This document shows positions 58,958 through 64,000 of a stretch of DNA of 64,000 nt, one piece after another. A model generated the notes under the pieces. It worked only from the letters and a program-made list of their open reading frames with translations. It had not been told where the DNA came from and did no database searches. The stretch lies in the NCBI RefSeq assembly GCF_009914755.1, contig NC_060933.1. One strand, given 5' to 3'. This DNA is from the human T2T-CHM13v2.0 reference genome, Homo sapiens. Numbering within the stretch: the stretch's first letter is position 1; each line of letters starts with the position of its first letter. A program made the translations under genes and the position numbers.

Positions 58958-59004
58958 TTCCATTCCATTCCATTCCGTGTGCAATGGAATGGAATGGAAT
59001 GGAA
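58958..59004. other. Strand-switch (inversion) breakpoint with local inverted repeat
   Basis: Sequence reads ...TTCCATTCCATTCCATTCC (58958-58976) GTGTGCAAT (58977-58985) GGAATGGAATGGAATGGAA (58986-59004). These are 19-bp perfectly complementary arms around a 9-nt spacer, with no foreign sequence inserted. Confidence 0.97.
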
Positions 59005-62000
59005 TGGAATGGGTTCAACTAGAATGGAATGGAAAGGAATGGAATCAACCCGAGTGGAATGGCATGGAATGGAATGGAATGGAATGGAATGGAATGGAAA
59101 GAAATGGAATGGAAGGGAATGGATTGAAATGGAATGGAATGGAATGGAATCAACCCGAGTGCAATGTAATGGAATTGAATGGAATGGAATGGAATGGAAT
59201 GGAATGAATTCAACCCGAATGGAATGGAAAGGAATGGAATAAACCCGAGTGAAATGGCATGGAATGGCGTGGAATGGAATGGAATGGAATACTACGGAAT
59301 AGAATGGAATGGAACGAAATGGAATGGAATGGAATGGAATGGAATGGAATGGAATGGAATGAACACGTGAGCAATGGAATGGAATCGAATGGAATAGAAT
59401 GGAATGGAATGGATTCAACTCGAATGGAATGGAAAGGAATGGAATCAACCCGAGTGGAATGGCATGGAATGGAATGGAATGGAATGGAATGGAATGGAAT
59501 GGAATGGAACGGAATGGAATGGAATCAACTCGATTGCAAAGGAATGTAATGGAATGGAATGGAACGGAATTAACGCAAATAGAATGGAATGGAAAGGAAT
59601 GGAACGGAATGGAATGGAAAGGAATGGAATGGAATAAATCTGAGTGCAGGGGAATGCAATGGAATGGAATGCAATGGAATGGAATGGAATGGAATGCAAT
59701 GGAATCACCTCGATTGCAATGGGATGGAATGGAATGGAATGGAATGGAAGGGAATGGAATGGAATGGAATTAACCTGAACAGAATGGAATGGAATCGAAT
59801 GGAATGGAATGGAATGCAATGGAATGGAATCAATCAACCCGAGTGCAATAGAATGCAGAGGAATGGAATGGAATGGAATGGAATGGAATGGAATGGAATG
59901 GAATGAAATGGAATGGCAGGGAATGGAATGGAATCAACCCGAGTGCAAAGGAATGGAATGGAATGGAATGGAATGGAATGGAATGGAATGGATTCAACCC
60001 GAATGGAATGGAAAGGAATGGAATAAACCTGAGTGGAATCGCATGGAATGGAATGGAATGGAATGGAATGGAATGGTACGGAATAGAATGGAATGGAACG
60101 AAATGGAATGGAATGGAATGGAATGGAATGGAATCAACCTGAGTGCAATGGAATGGAGTGGAATGGAATGTAATGGAATGGAAACAACCCGAATGGAATG
60201 GAATGTAATGGAGTGTAAGGGAATTGAATACAATCAATCCGAATGTAATGGAATGGAATGGAACGGAAGGGAATGGAATGGAATGCAGTGGAATGGAATC
60301 AAACCTAGTGCAATGGAATGGAATGGAATGGAATGGAATGGAATGGAATGGAATGGAATGGATTGGATTCAACTCAAATGGAATGGAAAGCAATGGAATC
60401 AACCCGAGTGGAATGGCATGGAATGGAATGGAATGGAATGGAATGGAATGGTACAGAATAGAATGGAATGGAATGAAATGGAATGGAATGGAATGGAATG
60501 GAACGGAATGGAATGGAATCAACACGAGTGCAGTGTAATGGAATCGAATGGAATGGAATGGAATGGAATGGATTCAACACGAATGGAATGGAAAGGAATG
60601 GAATAAACCCGCGTGGAATGGCATGGAATGGAGTGGAATGGAATGGAATGGAATGGAATGGAATCAACCCGAGTGCAAAGTAATGGAATCGAATGGAATG
60701 GAATGGAATGGAAAGGATTCAACACGAATGGAATGGAAAGGAATGGAATAAACCCGAGTGGAATGGCATGAAGTGGAGTGGAATGGAATGGAATGGAATG
60801 GAATGGAATGGTACGGAATAGAATGGAATGGAACGAAATGGAATGGAATGGAATGGAATGGAATAGAATGGAATGAACCCGTGTGCAATGGAATGGAATC
60901 GAATGGAATGGAATGGATTGGAATGGATTCAACTCGAATGGAATGGAAAGGAATGGAATCAACCCGAGTGGATTGGCATGGAATGGAATGGAATGGAATG
61001 GAATGGAATGGAATGGAATGGTACGGAATAGAATGGAAAGGAACGAAATGGAATGGAATGAAATGGAATGGAATGGAATGGAATGGAATGGAATGGAATG
61101 GAATGGAATCAACCCGAGTGCAGGGGAATGGAATGGAATTGAAGGCAATGGAATGGAATCATCCGGAATTGAATGGAATGGAATGGAATCAACTCGATTG
61201 CAATGGAATGGAATGGAATGGAATGGAATGGAATGGAATGGAATGGAATGGAATGGAATGGAATTAACCCGAATAGAATGGAATGGAATGGAATGGAAGT
61301 AAATGGAATGGAAGGTAATGAACCCGAGTGCAGGGGAATGGAATGGAATGGAATGCAATGAAATGGAGTCATCCGGAATGGAACGGAAAGGAATGGAATG
61401 GAACCAACCCGTGTGTAATGGAATTGAAAGGAATGGAATGGAATGGAATGGAATGGAATGGAATGGAATGGATTCAACCCGAATGGAATGGAAAGGAAGG
61501 GAATCAACCCAAGTGGAATGGCATGGAATGGAATGGATTGGAATGGAATGGAATGGTACCGAATGGAATGGAATGGAATGGTACCGAATAGAATGGAATG
61601 GAACGAAATGGAATGGAATGGAATGGAATGGAATGGAATGGAATGGAATGGAAACAACACGAGTGCAATGTAATGGAATCGAATGGAATGGAATGCAATG
61701 GATTCAACCCGAATGGAATGGAAACGAATGGAATAAAACCGAGTGGAATGGCATGGAATGGAGTCTAATGGAATGGAATGGAATGGAATGGTATGGAATA
61801 GAATGGAATGGAACGAAATGGAATGGAATGGAATGGAATGAAATGAACCCGTGTGCAATGGAATGGAATGGAATGGAATGGAATGGAATGGATTCAACTC
61901 GAATGGAATGGAAAGGAATGGAATCAACCCGAGGGGAATGGCATGGAATGGAATGGAATGGAATGGAATTAACCCTAATAGAATGGAATGGAATGGAATG

Positions 62001-64000
62001 GAATGGAATGGAATGGAATGGAATGGAAGGAAATGGAATGGAATGGAAGGGAATGGAATGGAATGGAATGGAATGGTACGGAATAGAATGGAATGGAACG
62101 AAATGGAATGGAATGGAATGGAATGGAACGGGATGGAATGGAATGGAATGGAATGGAATGGGATGGAATGGAATGGAATGGAATCAACCCGAGTGCAGGG
62201 GAATGGAATGGAATGGAAGGCAATGGAATGACATCATTCGGAATTGAATGGAATGGAATGGAATGGAATGGAATCAACTCGATTGAAATGGAATGGAATG
62301 GAATGGAATGGAATGGAATGGAATGGAATGGAATGGAAGTGAATGGAATGGAATGTAATGAAACCGAGTGCAGGGGAATGGAATGGAATGGAATGCAATG
62401 GAATGGAGTCATCCGGAATGGAACGGAATGGAATGGAATGGAATCAACCCGAGTGCAATGGAATGGAATGGAATGGAAAGGAATGGAATGGAATGGACTC
62501 AACCCGAATGGAATGGAAAGGAATGGAATCAACCCGAGAGGAATGGCATGGAATGGAATGGAATGGAATGGAGTGGAATGGTACAGAATAGAATGTAATA
62601 GAACGAAATGGAATGGAATGGAATGGAATTGAATGGAATCATTCCGAGTGGAATAGAAGGGAATGTTTTCGAGTGGAATGAAAAGGAATGGAATCAACCA
62701 GAGTGGAATGGAATGGAATCGAGTGGAATGGAATGCAATCGAATGTAATGGAAAGGAATAGAATGGAATCAACCCGAGTGGAATGGAATGGAAAGGACTG
62801 GAATGGAATGGAATGGAATGCAATGGAATCAACTCGATTGCAATGAAATGGAATGGAATGGAATGGAATGGAATGGAATGGAATTAACCGGAATAGAATG
62901 GAATTGAATGGAATGGAAAGGAATGGAATGGAATAGAATGGAATGGAATATAATGGAATGGAATGGATTCAACTCGAATGGAATGGAAAGGAATGGAATC
63001 AACCCGAGTGGAATGGCATGGAACGGAATGGAATGGAATGGAATGGAAGGAAATGGAATGGAATGGAATGGAATGGAATGGAATGGAATGGAATGGAATC
63101 AACCCGAGTGCAATGGAATGGAATGGAATGGAAAGGAATGGAATGGAATGGATTCAACCCGAATGGAATGGAAAGGAATGGAATCAACCCGAGAGGAATG
63201 GCATGTAATGGAATGGAATGGAATGGAGTGGAATGGTACGGAATAGAATGTAATGGAACGAAACGGAATGGAATGGAATGGAATGGAATGGAATGGAATG
63301 GAATGGAATCATTCCGAGTGGAATAGAAGGGAATGTTTTCGAGTGGAATGAAGAGGAATGGTATCAACCAGAGTGGAATGGAATGGAATTGAATGGAATG
63401 GAAAGGAATAGAATGGAATCAACCCGAGTGGAATGGAATGGAAAGGACTGGAATGGAATGGAATGGAATGCAATGGAATCAACTCGATTGCAATGAAATG
63501 GAATGGAATGGAATGGAATGGAATGGAATGGAATAGAATGGAAAGGAATCACTCCAAGTGCAGGGGAATTTAATGGAATGGAATGCAGTGGAATGGAATC
63601 ATCCGGAATGGAATGGAATGGAATGGAACGGAATGGAATGGAATCAACTCGAATTCAATGGAATGGAAAGGAATGGAATGGAATGGAATGCAATGGAATC
63701 GTACGGAATAGAATGGAATGGAACGAAATGGAATGTAATGGAATGGAATGGAATGGAATGGAATGTAATGGAACGGAATGGAATGGAATGAACCCGCGTG
63801 CAATGGAATGGAACGGAATGGAATGGAATGGAATGGAATGGAATGGAATGGAATGGGTTCAACTCGAATGGAATGGAAAGGAATGGAATCAACACGAGTG
63901 GAATGGCATGGAATGGAATGGAATTGAATGAAATGGAATGGAATGGAATGGAATGAAATGTAATGGAATGGAAAGGAATGGAATCAACACGAGTGGAATG
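58977..64000 (-). repeat. Sub-domain C: inverted HSat3 block (GGAAT on +), same variant family as domain B
   Basis: The + strand reads (GGAAT)n with CAACCCGAGT modules. It contains reverse complements of B markers: AAACCTAGTGC (60301), GAACCCGTGTGCA (~60875, ~61845), TAACCTGAACAGA (59771) and CAATCAACCC (59831). Confidence 0.97.
62420..63540 (-). repeat. ~660 bp tandem duplication within the inverted block
   Basis: ATTCCGAGTGGAATAGAAGGGAATGTTTTCGAGTGG at 62641 and 63311. CCCGAGAGG at ~62533 and ~63188. GGACTGG at 62795 and 63445. Confidence 0.85.

Larger units (their letters stand above)
44250..58976 (+). repeat. Sub-domain B: more diverged HSat3 variant, C-rich strand on +
   Basis: New diagnostic modules begin at ~44,250: CGAGTTGAACCC (44288), TGCACACGGGTTCATT (44347), TCTGTTCAGGTTAATT (44422), TTCGCGTTAA (44631), GCACTAGGTTTG (44888), GATTGATTGTATTCAA and GGGTTGATTGATTCC. 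Domain A's CCGGAAGA and TCGATTGCAATCGA motifs were not seen here. Confidence 0.85.
52930..58976 (+). repeat. ~2.6-2.8 kb higher-order repeat, two full units plus a third truncated by the inversion
   Basis: TTCGCGTTAA at 53141, 55750 and 58578. GCACTAGGTTTG at 53408, 56002 and 58830. GCCATGCC...TCTAGTTGAA at 54306/56988. CTCAGATTG at ~53076, ~55685 and ~58513. Confidence 0.8.
1..64000. repeat. Satellite III (HSat3) pericentromeric array, (CATTC)n/(GGAAT)n with interspersed CAACCCGAGT-type modules
   Basis: Continuous 5-bp CATTC periodicity over the entire window. It is regularly interrupted by ACTCGGGTTGATTCC and variants (TCGAGTTG, TCGGGTTAATT, TCGGATTG), the known Sat III signature. The dominant CATTCGATTC/ATGATG 23-26 bp pattern of HSat2 is absent. 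Confidence 0.98.

Noticed and set aside
58970-58995. Possible new HSE created by TTC meeting GAA at the inversion junction
   Set aside because: TTC starts at 58973 and the first GAA at 58987, a 14-bp offset. That is one base out of the 5/15-bp register an HSE requires.
58690-59448. Chimeric ORFs switching from FHSIP to MEWNG across the junction (58754..59242 +, 58690..59448 -)
   Set aside because: They are a direct by-product of the strand switch, with no evidence of coding function.
1-64000. Hundreds of ORFs (MEWNG-rich and FHSIP-rich, up to 367 aa)
   Set aside because: A 5-bp repeat gives a stop-free 5-aa period in all frames. The ORFs overlap in all six frames, are broken by phase slips and have no domain-like content. 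Database proteins resembling them are typically spurious satellite translations.
1-64000. HSat2, Y-chromosome DYZ1 or telomeric repeat identity
   Set aside because: It lacks the dominant CATTCGATTC/GATGAT HSat2 unit, the strongly diverged fixed ~3.6 kb DYZ1 unit, and TTAGGG arrays (only isolated ATTAGGGTT variants such as 49754).
58977-64000. Inverted block as a sequencing fold-back artefact
   Set aside because: It is not an exact mirror of the adjacent left arm. It matches scattered, diverged segments and has private content (62.4-63.5 kb duplication). Read-level confirmation is still advisable.

Overview
The whole 64 kb is classical human-type Satellite III (HSat3). It is a (CATTC)n / (GGAAT)n pentamer array interrupted every ~40-100 bp by a small vocabulary of modules built on the canonical Sat III decamer (ACTCGGGTTG / CAACCCGAGT). 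I see no genes, transposons or RNA genes, and every ORF is a pentamer-translation artefact (FHSIP / MEWNG). Three sub-domains are visible. Domain A (1 to ~44,240, CATTC on +) is homogeneous and recently duplicated, with a ~27 kb offset duplication and several ~3 kb block copies. It carries ~30 perfect three-unit heat-shock-element motifs (TTC-cg-GAA-ga-TTC), ~25 copies of a perfect 14-bp palindrome TCGATTGCAATCGA, and fixed 1-bp deletions. Domain B (~44,250-58,976, CATTC on +) is a more diverged variant lacking those motifs, with a ~2.6-2.8 kb higher-order repeat near its end. Domain C (~58,977-64,000) is B-type sequence in the opposite orientation (GGAAT on +). B and C meet at a sharp inversion junction (CATTCC|GTGTGCAATGGAAT) that forms a 19-bp stem with a 9-nt loop. 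Domain A resembles the chromosome 9q12-type stress-responsive Sat III (HSat3B5-like), but this assignment and the species (human vs other ape) are recalled or inferred, not verified. All counts and coordinates were read by eye and are approximate.
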